Source of the DNA: Balanoglossus misakiensis
Lineage: Eukaryota > Animalia > Hemichordata
Direction of reading: 5' to 3'
Assembly: GCA_040954595.2 (NCBI GenBank)
Contig: CM082576.2
Location: forward strand, 10,481,129 to 10,545,128
Length of the DNA stretch: 64,000 nucleotides
Shown here: positions 24,001-39,000 of the stretch, one piece after another
Position numbering within the stretch: position 1 is the first letter of the stretch
Layout: the number at the start of each line of letters is the position of its first letter
Translations under genes and position numbers: made by a program
Notes under the pieces: model-generated
What the model was told of the DNA's origin: nothing
The model's input: only the letters and a program-made list of their open reading frames with translations
The model's database searches: none

Positions 24001-27000
24001 TGATGCACAGTGAAATTTTGTCATCTTTTGACCAAAAAAAAAAAAATCTGTTCATCTGAAATGTATTGTCCAGTTGTTTGAAATTTGGTTTTGAATGTTC
24101 CTCAAGCGTTTGGTCACTGCCGATTTAATTAACAAGAATACGCTGGCGTTTATTCTCAATTTAAGTAGCGTGAACTGCAAGACCTTTTGTTAACTTTTAA
24201 TCTTGTATTGGGTTGTCAGCGCATTGTTTCCAGCTGGGGCGTGGGAGCATGATATTGACGTATTTAAAAAGATAATGGCTGAAAGAGGTGTACAAACAGG
24301 CAGCTTTGATCGCTTGTATATGTCGTTCTTGCCCACATCTACATTTTTATGAAACGCAATGATGGATGTTACTGGTACTTAGCCACTATGCAAAAATCAC
24401 GTATGTTTGTGTTCATGTGTCATGCATGTACATGTTCTGAAATCTGTTTCCTACAAACTGTGAATATATTTTGCATCAGCTGATATTATTATTATTAAAA
24501 CTTTATTTCGGACTCATGGTCCATATTACAGTAAGACTGATTAGGTGAAAGGGAAAAAAAAAATTACATAGTTACATATCTAGATTACAAAAAGAAGCTT
24601 ACTCCATATTTTTCTTAACGTTATAATTCTGAAGATTAATTGTAAAATGGGTCGGGGGAAGGGGGGGGGGGAGAAGAAAGCGCATCCCAGTCTGATGAGT
24701 GTTTAATAAATACCTGAAGGTGATGATCCTTAAAGGGTTTATCTAATGAAAAGGACTGAGAAATGTAAATATTGCCAAATCCCCCCCCCCCCCCTCTATG
24801 GTAGATGGACCGATATAGAAATTTGTCCCTCAGTGGACAGTAAGGCATTGAGGACCTGTTGCTAATGTTTTATGTGACAGCTAAAGTGCCCATATACTTG
24901 ACATTAAAACAAGTAATCCCTTAATCCTGCACTGTGTTTTTAAACTTTAAAAATAGAACCATAAGAGAAATGCGAATTGGATATATGCTATTGTGTTTTG
25001 TTGAAGGTTTTTTGGGGGCAGCTTGTTTTCTCTATGTTCCAAGTTTGCATCTGGGTTGCAAGCTGTGGTTTGTTTTTAATAATCGAACATGGATTTGCTC
25101 GGGGTTGGGGTTGGGGGGGGGGGGGGCGCTTCGTGTATCTCCACAAGGGGTTTCTGCTCTTTGGGTGTTTTCCCTGTTGAGCTGAGAGATGCCACTACAA
25201 ATGTATGTTGTACGAACAAAATGTACCCGGTGTTTTCACTACAAGAGAGACTGTGAGAAGATGCTGGTTGGAGACAGGGTTAACAAGTGTGCAAGTCATG
25301 ATTCCAGGAAGTCAACATTAATCAAAATACAGCCTGGTAGATGATACGTTTAAAATTAGAGATGTTGATTTTTTTAGGTAAACGTCGGCACATACATGTA
25401 TACCAGCAAAAGTTGCACTGTTTTTGTGTTAAGTTCCTCCATCCTGCTTTTGGATATACATGTAAGCCAATAAAACATACGTGGCAAGCATCCTGACTCC
25501 AGACTTGTACTGGTACATGTGAAACTGGTGTAGCTGTGGTTGGACAGAATAGAGTAATCGAGTTGCCTTTCAATTTTAATTCTCTAAATGTTATATTGAG
25601 TCAACTGATCTAGAGAATTTGGGGAACTCGTGTTTAATAATGGACACCCTCAGCTGTTTGCTTCCCCCCCCCCCCCAGCATTTGTTTACGTTTGTGTTGA
25701 TTTCTGAAAAAGAACACATCCATCAGTGTTGCGTCAGTTTCAGGGGTGCACACACCTGCAGATGTCTTTTTGTTTGAAGTCTTTTTTTTTCTGATTGGTT
25801 TCGTGAATTGGTGTCAAGTTTCAAGAGTGAAGTCCAGGTTTTCTTTTTCCCTGACCGGCAAACAAAAGGAGGGAGTGGCCGTTTTTTGTCGTTTGGAGAA
25901 ACTCGCGCTTTCAGTTTGTGAAATGAACATTGTTGGCCAAGGTCAGAGACAAAGGATCGCTCTGATGCTTGTTGCCCCAAGGATGTCTTGGAAAGGGAGG
26001 GGGGGGGGGGTGAGGCTGTGTGTGTTTCTCATCCCGGCCGCTGCAACAATATTCTGTATTATTGTGGTGCGCGTATTGTATTACCAGTAGGAAACTGCCA
26101 AAATAAAATTCACACACACACTGGCACAATAAAACAGGCCTTACCCTAGTGTGACAAACTCAAGGTTGGGGCACCTCTGTGAAAATTTGTGGTAGCTTTT
26201 TGAAAATGCACATCAAGTAAGCAGGCGTCTCACATTTCTGTCACCATTTACTGTTCATTTGTTTTGAGGTCCAGGCCAGGAGATGGAGGCTGAAGATTTG
26301 TTTTTCATTCAGCATAAAATGTTCCGATGTGTAGTTGGCACAGAAGGATATCAAGAGGAGATAATAGGAGGACTTTGCTTCAAAGTCAAAGAAGCGAACT
26401 GCCCCTTCTAAACAAAGAACTTGAACCTATGTGCTGAGCTGGGAACTGCCACTATGTGATTTATGTATTGTCAGAAACTTTGAGTATTGTGGAATGCAAC
26501 CAAAATGACCATGTCATTTGACGTAACGGTCATTCGACAGAAACTTCAGAAAGAAAACTTTCAAACTCTCATTCATGTTGCAGTTGTACAAGGGGACCGA
26601 ATATACATACATGTATACATGTACATTGATCTTTTTCTTGGTGTACACATCAGCTCTCGATGTGTTTCTGTGTGCCTCTATGCGCTCCTGTCAGACCCGC
26701 AACTTAAAAAAAAGCAGGTCGTAGTGACTGAACCTCTCCATCTGTTTCTTGTTCCAGTTCATTTCATTTCCGATGTGCCGTGTCATCTTGGCAGAAGCCA
26801 AATGAAGCTCCTCTGTTTGGCGTTTGTGTTTGTATTTGTGTTTGTCTGTAATCCCTTAATCAGATCACTCATTGCACTCAGTCTGTGGCAGATGATCATT
26901 GACAGTGAAATCTACACAAACAGCTGGAGAAACATTGTGCAACAGAGATGCGTATTGCTTTCCTTTTGAAACGTTCGCAACAAAGAAAAAGAAGCTGTCA

Positions 27001-30000
27001 CAGCTGGCTGCACTGCACTCGGCTTTCAGCTTCAAGGTCAAGTTCAATTGAAATGAGCTGGGGCTCCCATGTTTATCTGACTCTTATAAGAAAGAAGTCA
27101 GTCAGGAGAGAAGAATTTGGTATAAATGGGGTATTGTCTTCCATTGCTGTTGGCAGATGATGCTTGAACCCTTAACAATTCCGCCATGTGGTGAAATTAT
27201 TTTAAAGGCCCGTACACAGTTCCAGGGTAGCACTTCTTGCTGCCAGCTCCCGACCGAGATAGCAAAACTAACCAAGCAAACGCATGGAGTGTTGTGAGTC
27301 TTATGACAATCTGGTGGATTTTCTGGTCTAAGTGCATTATACATACACACTGTAAAACGGGAATTTTCGTGACTATTCATTATTGCATTTTTTTGGCTTT
27401 TGCTAAGTTCACGAAAATTGATCATTCGCGAAAATTTCCCATTTTACAGTAGATATACACACATACAAAAAAACAAACAAACAAACAAATAAACAAACAC
27501 ACGCACACACCACATTGTGTGAGTTTGATTAGCTTTCATGATGGGTAGTGTCGAGATTTGATCAAGTTGAGTTTGTAACTATATAACTGACACACTGAGA
27601 ATAGTTTTTGATCAACTTTATATGTACAAGCAACAGGTGTTTATAACAGTTTCTAACACATGGATCAGGAAGAATACATGTACAGTATCCACAGGAAGAG
27701 ATTTCTGAGAGTAAAGATTCAAGAAGAGGAGTCAAGAGAACTATTTGTATTATTGTCATATGAAACTCAACTTCTTAAGTCATCATGATTAAAATCTGAA
27801 TCCTGCTGAGTCTGACTTCCTGCTGTTCTCCTCCCTAGGTGCTTTAAGGGTAAAAAAATGATGCGGTGATATTTAGCAGTACGATGCATCGAACCGCTGT
27901 AGCTGTGAGGCACGGGCAGTAAATTAATAAACAGGATATTGGTATTTCAGCATTTCCAATATGTATTCGTTGTGGAGAAGAAAGCAGAAATGACAGCCAG
28001 GCTGTGATGAAGCCGTCTACCGGCAGGGTTCAATTAAAGGGTAGCTTTACCTGTGACCAGAAACTTGGTGGGGGGGGGGGGATGACATTATGTGGGGCAT
28101 GGGTTTTAAAATATGATGCAGGAAGCTCAGTCATGATTTGTGGATGGGTTGTGTGGGTGTGCACTTTGTCCTTTGATTGTTGTCGAAATATGGTGGACAA
28201 GTACATGTACAGTGAAGGTTCTATTCTGTGCACAGAATGGAAAGAGTTTGTTTGCTTGGATGGAGTTTGGGTATACGTAGCTGCGTTCTGCGCTGGCACA
28301 CGTTTCATGGAGTGGAGAAGTCCTAACTCTCGCTCATGGTCCTCCCGGATCAAAATGTCATGAAACCCGAGAAAAGGGTCTCCCACGGTTTTCATGAAAA
28401 CATGGCGCATGTTATCGATAAAAAATTAATGCGTGGTAATGATTACAAAATAGAGAGCAGAACAGCCAGTTTAACGTGCACTGTAAACAAAGTTTACCGA
28501 GAGAGCATCCTAAAAAATGATGCGATCTCTTGAATGCTGATGATGCTTCCTAGTCCTAGTGCCCTATAAGCAGTCAACCAGTAAGAGAGAGAGGAGGGAA
28601 AGATGTTAATTTGACAATTGAAGCCTGCAGAGAATGTGCGTGAAAGACAAAATTTGATGTCATTATTACACAGAATTTTATCAGTTCATTGACAAATATT
28701 TGTAGCTTTTCTGCTGGGGGAAACACTACACTTCATTGTATTGCACGCAGAGCCGTTCATTAGACTTTGAGCAAACACTCTGCTGGGTATGATAAAATTA
28801 ATCATCGGGGCATTTTGATGTGGATCCACTCAGAACGTGAATTTGATTAGTCGCGCCTTTTTAATTTTTCGCCGGAGATGGATGCGGTTTCATCTGGTAA
28901 AAGACTCGAGCACTGCATCAAAGTTTAATACTAAATCCGGCTATAATGTTGTTTTTGAGCACTTTTAAGTTTTCTCAAAGTAATAACATGAAATTGAAAC
29001 CTCATAAAATATAATCGACAGCTGCTTGTACATCAGCGAAGCAGAAAACAGTCACTATAAAAAAAAGCCAGACATATCCAGGGCTGCCTTCAACCCAAAA
29101 TCCCCGAAAAAAATATATTTGTTTTCGTAAATTAAGCGCAAGATTTACGACCCATGTCTGAATTTGCTTTTTTTCTGCAAAGTTGCTGCGCAGGATTAAA
29201 GGTATACGGTCACCTATGCAAATTTAACCACAGTCACCACGGAATATTAAAATACCAGCATGGCCAATCACAGATTTTCAGTAGGTGGCATGCTTGAAAA
29301 AAGTGGTTTTTTGAACACTAAGGCACGCCCTGTTGACCATATTCACTGTATAGGCATGTGTGACCATATACATGTACTACTGTATGTACATGTACCTTTA
29401 TTATAAATGAGGAAATTTCTTTATGAGTAAATTCCAAAGCTGTGAGTTGCACAACAGGCCAGATGTAGGGGTGTGTGTTATTCCACGGTGAAGGTGAAGG
29501 GGGGAAAATCCTTTGAAGAACTGCTGTTTTTTGTTCCGCATGCGGGGTTCAAAATATCTGAACGTTAAAATAATTACTTTATATATTAGAAGACAGAGAT
29601 TGAGAGGGTTACAGAGATTTGAGACGATGGGAAGTGTATGACTTCTGGTAATATTTTGATGGCTCTAGTTGTTGATATCATTTTTCATTTCCTAATTACA
29701 AATAATCATGCCCAGGAATAAGTAGAAATGAGACGAGTCATCCCTAGTATTATTACTGTCCTATTAGATTGCTGTGCCCCCCCCCCCAATTATAATTGAG
29801 TCTGGCCAGGTTGCTTTTCCGGTACACGTGATCAGGGGCTTCTCTCAAGAACCGGTTGATAAATTAATGAAATTGATGCTGCCTTTAGTTTTTTTTTTTT
29901 TGGTATTCATTTAATTTAGACATTGTTCGCAATTATGCCTGACCAAAGAATCGTTTTGTCGTTTATATATATTTAGTTCAATAATGTAATTTGAAAAAAT

Positions 30001-33000
30001 CTGCGGTGGCTTGCAATATGGCGCGCAATACGATACATGCGTCGCTTCGGGGCAAGCGCCCCAAATGCGAAGTCATATTGTATCATTTCCTGTTGGTTTT
30101 TGGTGAATTTATCGCCGAGTCACAGAGCATCACGTTGTCTCTGCAGAAGTTACTGCTCGTTACTGCGGGACTGTTGTTTCCTTCGTGGAATGTCGTCCCA
30201 GGAAACGGCAACACAAGAGCAATGGACAAGAGAGAAAAGAAAATGCCGTAAAAAAATAAAATTAGCGCTGTGAAGTTATGCTGTAAGGGCCGATATCGAA
30301 AACTGGTCGCAGAAATTCAATTCATCACCCAAACAGTCGGTTGCGGGGTTTGTTTTGACATAGGATGTGAAATTTAACAACGCCCCAGCCAACCTTCAAC
30401 AGGCAACACCTTTAATGCGCCCTGCTGTGTGTGTGTGTTTCTTTCAAATTCCTTCGGGTGCAGTGCAGCAGGCTTCATTAGGGACTAAAAAAATGACAAA
30501 ATTGAAAAACCACAAACAGGACTGCAAGCTCTGTCACAGCGTGAATTCCGAGATCTACCCCCGACTTTCATTACGGGCCGGTTGATTTACGCCTATTTAC
30601 GCGACGTTTAACGGTGAGCAGGTAATGAAGAGGGACGTGTAATTTAGATTGCAAAGGTTCCTTTTACCGTAAATGCCTACTGACTCACAATGCCGATGTA
30701 TCCTCGTATTTCACAATCGCAATAAAAAAAGGGGGGAAAGCACAATCAAGGCTGGCAGGTGAAGGCGGAACGGAAAATTGCTCCTGTAACTATGATGTGG
30801 TTTGACAGAAACCGGGTTTATTCTGTTGGTTCATGGTCACATGTACATGTATGGGGAGCCGTGTGTGTGTCTGTGTGTGACTATGTCTGTGTGTCTGACT
30901 CTGTGTATGTACACAAATATGCATGCCTCAGTATGCTTTGATGGTTGTGTGAGACCATATGTGCACATATGCTCACTGTTTACCCCTGTAAAAATGCCAT
31001 CATACATTACTTAGCCTTTCATTTAAACTACAAGAACGCTGTTTTAACATGACTTTGTACATGTCTACAGCGCTAGCGACATTTAATTGATGATGTATTC
31101 AGCTCCAACTGCAATTTTTTTGTCTTCAAACTTCTCGAGCAGGAATGCCTCATTCCCTGGTGAAATGCACCGGTTTTACTTTACAGTTCAAAAATTGTGA
31201 GCAAGAATGAATTATTTTCAGCAAATTTCATATGGGGTCATAATGTATTGTGAAAAGAGAATATTTTTTTAAATTTCTTTATGGGAGACTTTTTTTTCCC
31301 TCCTTCAAACCTGTGGTAGATAAATTCAGGGGTAATTGACGCATCTGGTCGGCAATGAAAAAAGAAAACCCGCATCAATACATCTTCTGTGCTATTTTAA
31401 TTTCAGTGGAAACGTTTTCCCCCGTTGCCCTGGTAATGTCGATCCCATCTGGTGTTCAGCTCTGAAGACGTGACAATTGAGGAAATTAAAAAATAGGCGG
31501 CAGAAGTTAAATTTGCGTGCTAATCCAGAAAATCTGTATAATTGTGGAGGGGGGAGGGAGAGGGGTGAATACCGTGGGTGGGGTGTAGGGTGGGGGCAGT
31601 TAGGGATGTCTTGTCAAGAGTCAATGACCAAAGGCCTCTGCCACAAGGGAAGTATTTTCTATGTTGTTTGTTCATTCTACGGGTTTACATGTACTTATTT
31701 TGTACTTATTTTTTTTTTTAATTCAAAATTGGTGCATTATTAAACTGAGTCATTGTTAATTCTTTGTCCATGACCAATTGAAAAGGTACCTAAGTACAAA
31801 AAGTTGTCCTGAAATATTTTTGTAAAAACAAATGGAGTGGCAGAATCGAGAGAGTCTTTTGTTTCTGTTGAATTCCTAGCAGTGGAAAGTTAGGAAGAGA
31901 GAGACCGAGAGAGCGAACATGTATCAGACATGTACAGGACAGGATTTTTGTCAGGACAGTTTTAAACAGTAGCTTCCGCCAGAAACAGTCATGCTGCAAT
32001 GCATTGAATGAAGGTCATGGATGAGAGGCACCATGAGCGACCCGTGTCTGCCCAAACACGTCCAATAAAAGCGTGGAGGGATGGGAATACCGAGAACTGA
32101 TGATGCAAGAAATTTGGAACGCAGATTGGTCAACAAAGAATTGTACCACATGTGTGTACATGTGAAGCCATCATTAAGTGTTCATCAAATACTGTTTAAT
32201 TCCAGTTGTAAGAGTTTAGCAGCTGATTACCCCGAGGTACTTACCGTCTCACACGGACAGATAAACACATACACAGATGCACATACACACTCAAACAGAT
32301 GCAGAGGAATTTTTTCAATGAGTTGCATGACTAGCATCTTGTGATAAAAAAAACTTGATAAAAAATCATGTCGAACAAGATGTGCTGACGGCCTCAAATT
32401 TATACAGCCATGCAGGGCACGAAGAAAGCTGTGGCCACAAGAAACCAGAGAAATGCACAATATTTCAACAGGAGAACATTTTTTTTATGTTTTATTGTGC
32501 TTGCATCCACATTGCATGACTTCAGTTCTGCACAGTTCCTCTGCCCTTGGAACCCTGCAGTTGTTGGCATGCAACATGTTTTTTTTTTTCTTGCGGGTCG
32601 GGATTTGTTAAGTGGCTATGGAAACGTTTCATTGGATCGCAGGAATTAGATCTGTGTATATTAAGTTGTTGATATTAAAATTCCAAGTAAAAAATTACAA
32701 GAAAACCAGTTAATAGGAAAAAAAAAGATCCTGCTGAGTTTATTGGGCTGCTTTGAAGACCTGTAATGGAATAAACATGATGGGACAAGTCGACTGATGA
32801 AACCATTGTGACGATGTGAAGTTCTATCTGTCTTAGTTAGGTGTTTAGACCGTTATTTTTAGAAGTTGACGTACACTTCCCCCATTTATGATCTGTTTCC
32901 ATTGTCTGCGCTAAGTGATACAGGCCATTTTCACTTTTTCTTAATGAAGTATTTTGAAAGCCCCTGAATGGCTATATCGGAAATAGACACGTCGTTAGTT

Positions 33001-36000
33001 GAAATGGATGCAGGATGATCAAATTTCTTCACCGTGTGTTGATATATTTGCAGTTACCCCCTCCATCACATGTTTTTAGCTACTAATTCATATTTCACGG
33101 CCATTGTGGAAATTGACAGTCTCTTTCAAACGCGATTGACAGGGTTAGTTTTGTAAAAAAATGCAATTATTTTATGAATATCCTCGCTTGGGAAAAAGTG
33201 GAATTTTTACCATGATGCAGGCGCTCAAGTGTGTAATTTGTTCATCCCCTCCCCCCCCCAAAAAAAAAAATCAATTTAAAATCATGTTGTCAGAGCTGAC
33301 TTAGGTTCGAACTGGGGATGGCAGATTCCATCATACTTTTACAGAGAACAGCATTCTGATACTCAAACGACACATAATCATATTCAGCAGAAAAAGTAAG
33401 TCTTTCGGTCATCCTTCCTCCCTGTTCTTTTCATACCCATCTGTGTGTTGCCATAGTAACAGAGCTCTGAAAAAAAAAGTCATGGCTGTTGGTGGGATTT
33501 TTCATGGATTGTGCACAGTTCAACTGATCAGTTTGAGAGATAGAATTCCGACCTGCAAAATGTAGCATTTTGCCCCGTCGGTGAAATTCTCTAAAAGAAA
33601 TTTCATAAAAGGGTACCCCACTTCTACCCCACTTGTCGTGAAGGTATGCCTGCACATTAAAAAAAGTAGAACACACACAACAGATACATCCAAGCGCTTT
33701 TGCATTTACCAGGCTGTTGTCGAGCAAGGCCCATGGCTCGGGGAATTTTTTTATAGTTTTTTGAAAAAGATAATTGTTGAATTTGAGATCATTAACTCGG
33801 GCCCTGCGGGGATTTGGAAGGGGGTTAAGATTTTGGAATGGAAAGCTGCCACGGGATTTGTGTCATCAATTGTCGGTGGTCGCTGTACCTCCCTAAGTTT
33901 CCCTTCTCTAATTGATGATTTCAGCGTATTTGGAGTTCTGCAGTTGATTTCGGGAATTATCTCAAAAGGATGTGGTTGAAAAATATCTGCATGTGGCTTC
34001 TTCAGAGGGATCAGAAGTAATTCGATGTAAAGAAACGAAAGACACTGACCCAGCACAAGCCCTGTAGTATCAGTATCTTTCTGCTGTGGAGTGGTGAACG
34101 GAACACGGTGAACATTCCGTTTCGCAGACAACCATCTTGAGTTAAGGAATGCACTGGATATTCGTCAACTGCTTGGAAAAAAATCTGTGCTGTAAAAGCA
34201 TGTCCATATTGTGACTTATAAATTAACATTTTTTGTGAAAAATTATGAAGTGGCAAACGCCGTATTGTGAACTGTCTTTTCTGCACTTTTTACGGAGTAT
34301 TTATTTTGAAATATTATCATGAATGATAATATTTCACCCAGATTTAGAGACTGAGGAATTTAACCACCCCACCCCCAACACAAACATGTCGACTCTCCCT
34401 CTCCTCATCAATTGAAGTGTGGATTTTACCCCCTGCAGATCATTTTAAGAAAAAATGACTGATTGACCAAGTGGCCAGTTGCATGGGTTTGTGCCACCCA
34501 CCACCAGAACTGTGACCAGAAGGGCCCGTATCTGACCATCTGTGGTCACTTGTAACGAGCAAACATTGGAATCGCCAGTGCCTATTGAAACAGAACCAGA
34601 CTTTGATCTTGAGTGCTACGCATGCGGTTCTGTTATTGTCCAGTTCTATAGCTGCCACTTGACTCTGAAAAGACTTTAAACTGGCTGCGTGTGTTGGGAG
34701 TGATAATAGAACAAAGAATTCCCAGAGAACCCGCGTGTGGCTTTAAGGTCCATTGTCTCAAATTGGCAGGTCAGTTGTATGTCAGAACCTAGCAACACCC
34801 AAGTAGAACAGAACACTCTGAAGCGAACACTTCCACCGGTATATCAAGAGACAAAAGTTTCTCACAGAGAACACTACATTCATTATAAACCAAGCATTTC
34901 CTGTCAGTCACTACAGTACAGAGGACGTTTACATACTTGTAGATCTATTTTTTTTTAATTAGATTCAAAGATTATTTTCTAAAGGTTAATTGCGCAGGTG
35001 GATGTAACATTATAAAGACACCAGAATTGAAGTGTTCAACCGAGAAGTCAGACCATGGACTAAATTTAATTTGTCCAGACATAATGAGTGGCATTGTACA
35101 TAATAACAGTTTTCTGCCTGGAGACAGGCATAATTTGCCCATGCAGAGAAATCCCTGTTAACTAATACGACTGTCTCTTCTTCTTTTTTTAAAGTCAGGA
35201 TGGCAAATTAATTTTGATGAGTATCAGAGATGAATTCATCTCTTCTCTCTTCTAGCTCTGGGGTTGATACAAAGGAGACATCTTAGAAAATGATTACTTG
35301 TAATCTTTCTTTTCTTCTGTAATCCCTCCTCGGATTCCCTCCCTCCCCACTCTCTGGGTCAGATTGTCTGATGACATCCCCTGGTGTACCCCCATGAAGT
35401 AGGTTCTGTATTGTCTCAGTGGCGGTTCAATGCACAGATTGCATTGTCTGTTGTTTTTTTTCTTGGGGAGAGAGAGTGTAACGGTCATTGGGGGAAAAAT
35501 GAAGAGGGGGATTATCACTTGAGGAAAAGGGGGGTCGTGTGGATGAACACAAAGCATCAGGCTTTCTCTTTGTTTGTGGACTAAGACAAACAGAGACAAT
35601 GGCACCACTTTGCTTCACACGTGCCGAAGAGAGAGAGTTGCGTCTACTTCAGGGTTTCCACACTCCTGGGAAGTTCCGGAATTTGAAACGACCCCTTTGA
35701 AAGTCCGAGGGAAAATGAAATAAACTGTGGGAGGGACATGGAAATTCAAGTGTGCATTATGTGGCATAAATAAAATATTAACATGGTGACTGCATTGTCA
35801 CATGAAGATGGCGTTTTTCACCTAGAAATGCGCCATTGAAAAGCAGTGAAAAGAAAATTGGTATTTTGTGTGGTTTCTGTACTGTACATTTGCTTGTCAT
35901 AGTCAGATGCAAAGAGACTGGCGTTTGGGCATGTTTTGTTTTTTATTTGAGAAATTCTTTGCAAGAAAAATGAAAGTAGCTTCGTAGCACAGCAGCACAC

Positions 36001-39000
36001 GCCCTCACCAGCTTTCCTTTGTCCTGTCAGCGTAAAATACTCATTGTATTCATGGGTGTAGCTGATCGTTTGTGTGTTTGGGATGTGGGTTTGAAGTGGC
36101 GAGAGCAAACGAAACTCCTCCTTGTTAATGCTTTAATGATGGGCCTTTTTCAAGAGTGTTTGCTCGTATTTCGCTTAAGTTAATTTCATTAGGGGGATAG
36201 CTGAGCCTTAAAAGTGAAAAAGAAAAGACTTTCCTACGGTTTTGAAGTGGCCCATTTATCAGGTGTCGGAACAGTTACACCCGGTTGGATAATTAACTCT
36301 CGTCTGTTCCTCCATCCTGTAAATCATGTCGGCGTAAAACCAGGTGCATTTTATTTTAAATGAAAGAGAGTGATTCTGATGTCAGTCAAGGTTAGGGTTT
36401 TTTATGGGTGTCGGGGGGGGGGGGGGGGAGCACGTTTACAAATCTTGAGAAGTCTTTGAAGAGTGGACGGTGGTATTACAAGTGTGTATGCCACATTTTC
36501 CTTCAATATTGATATTTGATGCTTCTCTGTTTTCTTTCTTGCATGACTGTGTTTTGCCAGGATCATGCATGCATCGCCAGAAGACCAAGTCGATCACTGC
36601 TGATGGAGGGGGTGAGGGGGGGGGGGTCGACTGTAGTGACTGGGTAAGGGGAGCAGTTGTGATGTTTAAACATTTGATCATGTACACCGAGGGAATCAGG
36701 AGAAAAAATAATGTAACAAAGAAACTAACACAGATACTTTTAGAAAAAAGATGAAATTTTCCCCTGAAGTGGCAGAAAATGTGCATTAAATTGCCGCCGA
36801 TATTGTCAATTTTCAGTTTTGCTCATCAATACCTGTCCCCCCCCCCCCTACGGCAGACGTATAATACCACAAAGCCAGCTAGTTCTCTGGCAGCTGTGTA
36901 AATACTCTGCTCCACTACAATACAGAGCAAACCAGACAAACTGAGGCTGAATGGGGAGAAAAAAAATCGTTGGAATGCAGGCTTATCATATACGCGCGTG
37001 TGTGTTTACAGAGTCCATAGCAAACCACTTCCTACCCAATCACAATTTCCTCAGCCACTCCACATCAGAATCTCTGTACCTCAAGGTCCTTTCTTTTGTG
37101 TCTCTGTTTCCGTAATGGCTTCGATACATCATGATTTTGTTTTATTGGTTGACAGTGATTGTGTGTTTCTTTTGTAAAGATTGTGTCTCTTTCTGGAAAT
37201 TGATTTTTTTTCTTCAAGTGTGATGAATATTGCTTCTTTGTTGTTTGATATTGCCCTTTAAAAAATAAGGTTATTGACGTTGATATTTTTAATCCGAATT
37301 TGCCAGCCTATTCCCAGGATGCCGTATTTTTGGCCGTAAGGAATAGTAAGACCCTGATTTTACCAAAAGCTTTCTTATTGGTGTGACAACAATGTAAAAG
37401 CTATAACTACAAGCATCCCACAAGCAAACAAGGTGAAATAACACTGCCACATCCATTCCTTTTAATGATTGTTGTCAGGAACTTCAGCAAAAGCCACCCG
37501 AGCACGTCAGAGAATCGCCTCTATCTGGACTCTCACTACCCCAAACCCCCACATTGCAACTACATCGTTACTAATACTCCACCAGGTGTGCACGGCCGTT
37601 AAATGATCATTGTGGTGCATCAGAAAATGGTCACCACCCCATTTCATCGTCTGCCCCTCCAGTTATATTCGCAACGGTGATACGAACCCTCTTCCCGTTT
37701 CATGTCCCTTTCTCATTTACATGTAGGCGTGAGGTGCACTGACTAGCAGTTTGCAGCCACCCCCCCCCCCCAAACTGCATTGTAAAGCGAGACAACAGGT
37801 GATCCGGCAGCCAGCATGTGATCTCCCGTCTATTGAGATCAACAGAACTCGTCGACTTGCCAGCTGAACCGGACGGAATGTACGGCAAACCACAACAAAG
37901 CTTGCTCTTTTCATGGGAGGGATGAAGTAAAACTGTTGTCTGCTCTGGAGTACAGAGCCTTTGCAAATACTTTTGATTTCTTTTGCGCGCCCGTGTGTGT
38001 GTGGGTTCGGGGGGGGGGGGACCATGATTTGGACGTTGTAGAGAAATGAACCTGCAGTTATGTGGGATAGAATTTTTTTTTTGATCTGTGCACGTACAAG
38101 CAATTCATGTAAGTGTATATTTTCACCGTATTAGAACACCCAGTGAAATTTCTGACAATAAAGAATGGGGCAGATAAATAGCATATTGTAAATATGGCAG
38201 ACGTCGTGTGATCTCATTTTGCCCTACATCTGGCGAATGGGAGCTAACAAGTTTATTGCCTACACAAGTATGTTCCAAACAGATGTTTGTTTTGAAACAG
38301 TCATTTCGTTTTCAGCCTGGACGTATTGCGCACATTTGTCTTGCACATAAAGCCACAAACGGTCAATGATTGTCCGTTAATTTCACTTTTGTTCAGGGAA
38401 GATGACCTGTTGCCTGGAGCAACAGAGGGGGTCGGGACTGTGCTTGGTGGACATATTGATTGCTGTTGTTCATTGTTATCAGCAGGTGTGTGTCGCATGG
38501 TAACCCTGCTCACCCCCCTGCGCAATGGTGTAACCCCATTGTTTTCACTGGAGTGGTTGGACTCAAGATACAGCAGAGTAGGGGTGGAAGTTTACTAGAG
38601 CAGCTTTGTCATGCATTTTCATTTTTGCTAGCGTGGTCCACTCACCCTGTTGCTCACTGAAGTTTAAGAGCCAGCCAGCTGTACTTTTTGCATTCTTTTT
38701 CAATATTATACATTCAAACGAACAGTGGTTCTTGCGAACATACTTAATGATGGGTGTAAGTGTTATTGAAGTATTAGTATTATTGAACCTCTGACAGGGA
38801 GTGCATGTGCAAGTTTGAACGAAGTAAAGATCGAAATAATAAACTGGTGCCCCAGTCAAATATGGCTGCCTCCATGCAAATACATGTGCTTGCACACACA
38901 CATGTGCATGTAAATGGGCATGTAGTATACACGTACACATACATGCACACACACACCTGTTTCCAGATGTCAGATTTCTGTGTCACCAGTATTCAATTTG

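Noticed and set aside
24611-24634. U12-branch-like TTTCTTAAC with a downstream AG as an alternative acceptor
   Set aside because: Mismatched to consensus, inside a LINE remnant, and followed by no credible exon.
29196-29401. TTAAAGGTATAC...GTACCTTTA Kolobok-like MITE (and a similar CTACCTTAA-ended fragment near 15555-15752)
   Set aside because: Termini are too degraded to define with confidence; probably old repeats but not supportable as precise features.
33295-33320. GGTTCGAAC as a tRNA/SINE box B
   Set aside because: No box A at suitable spacing and no cloverleaf.
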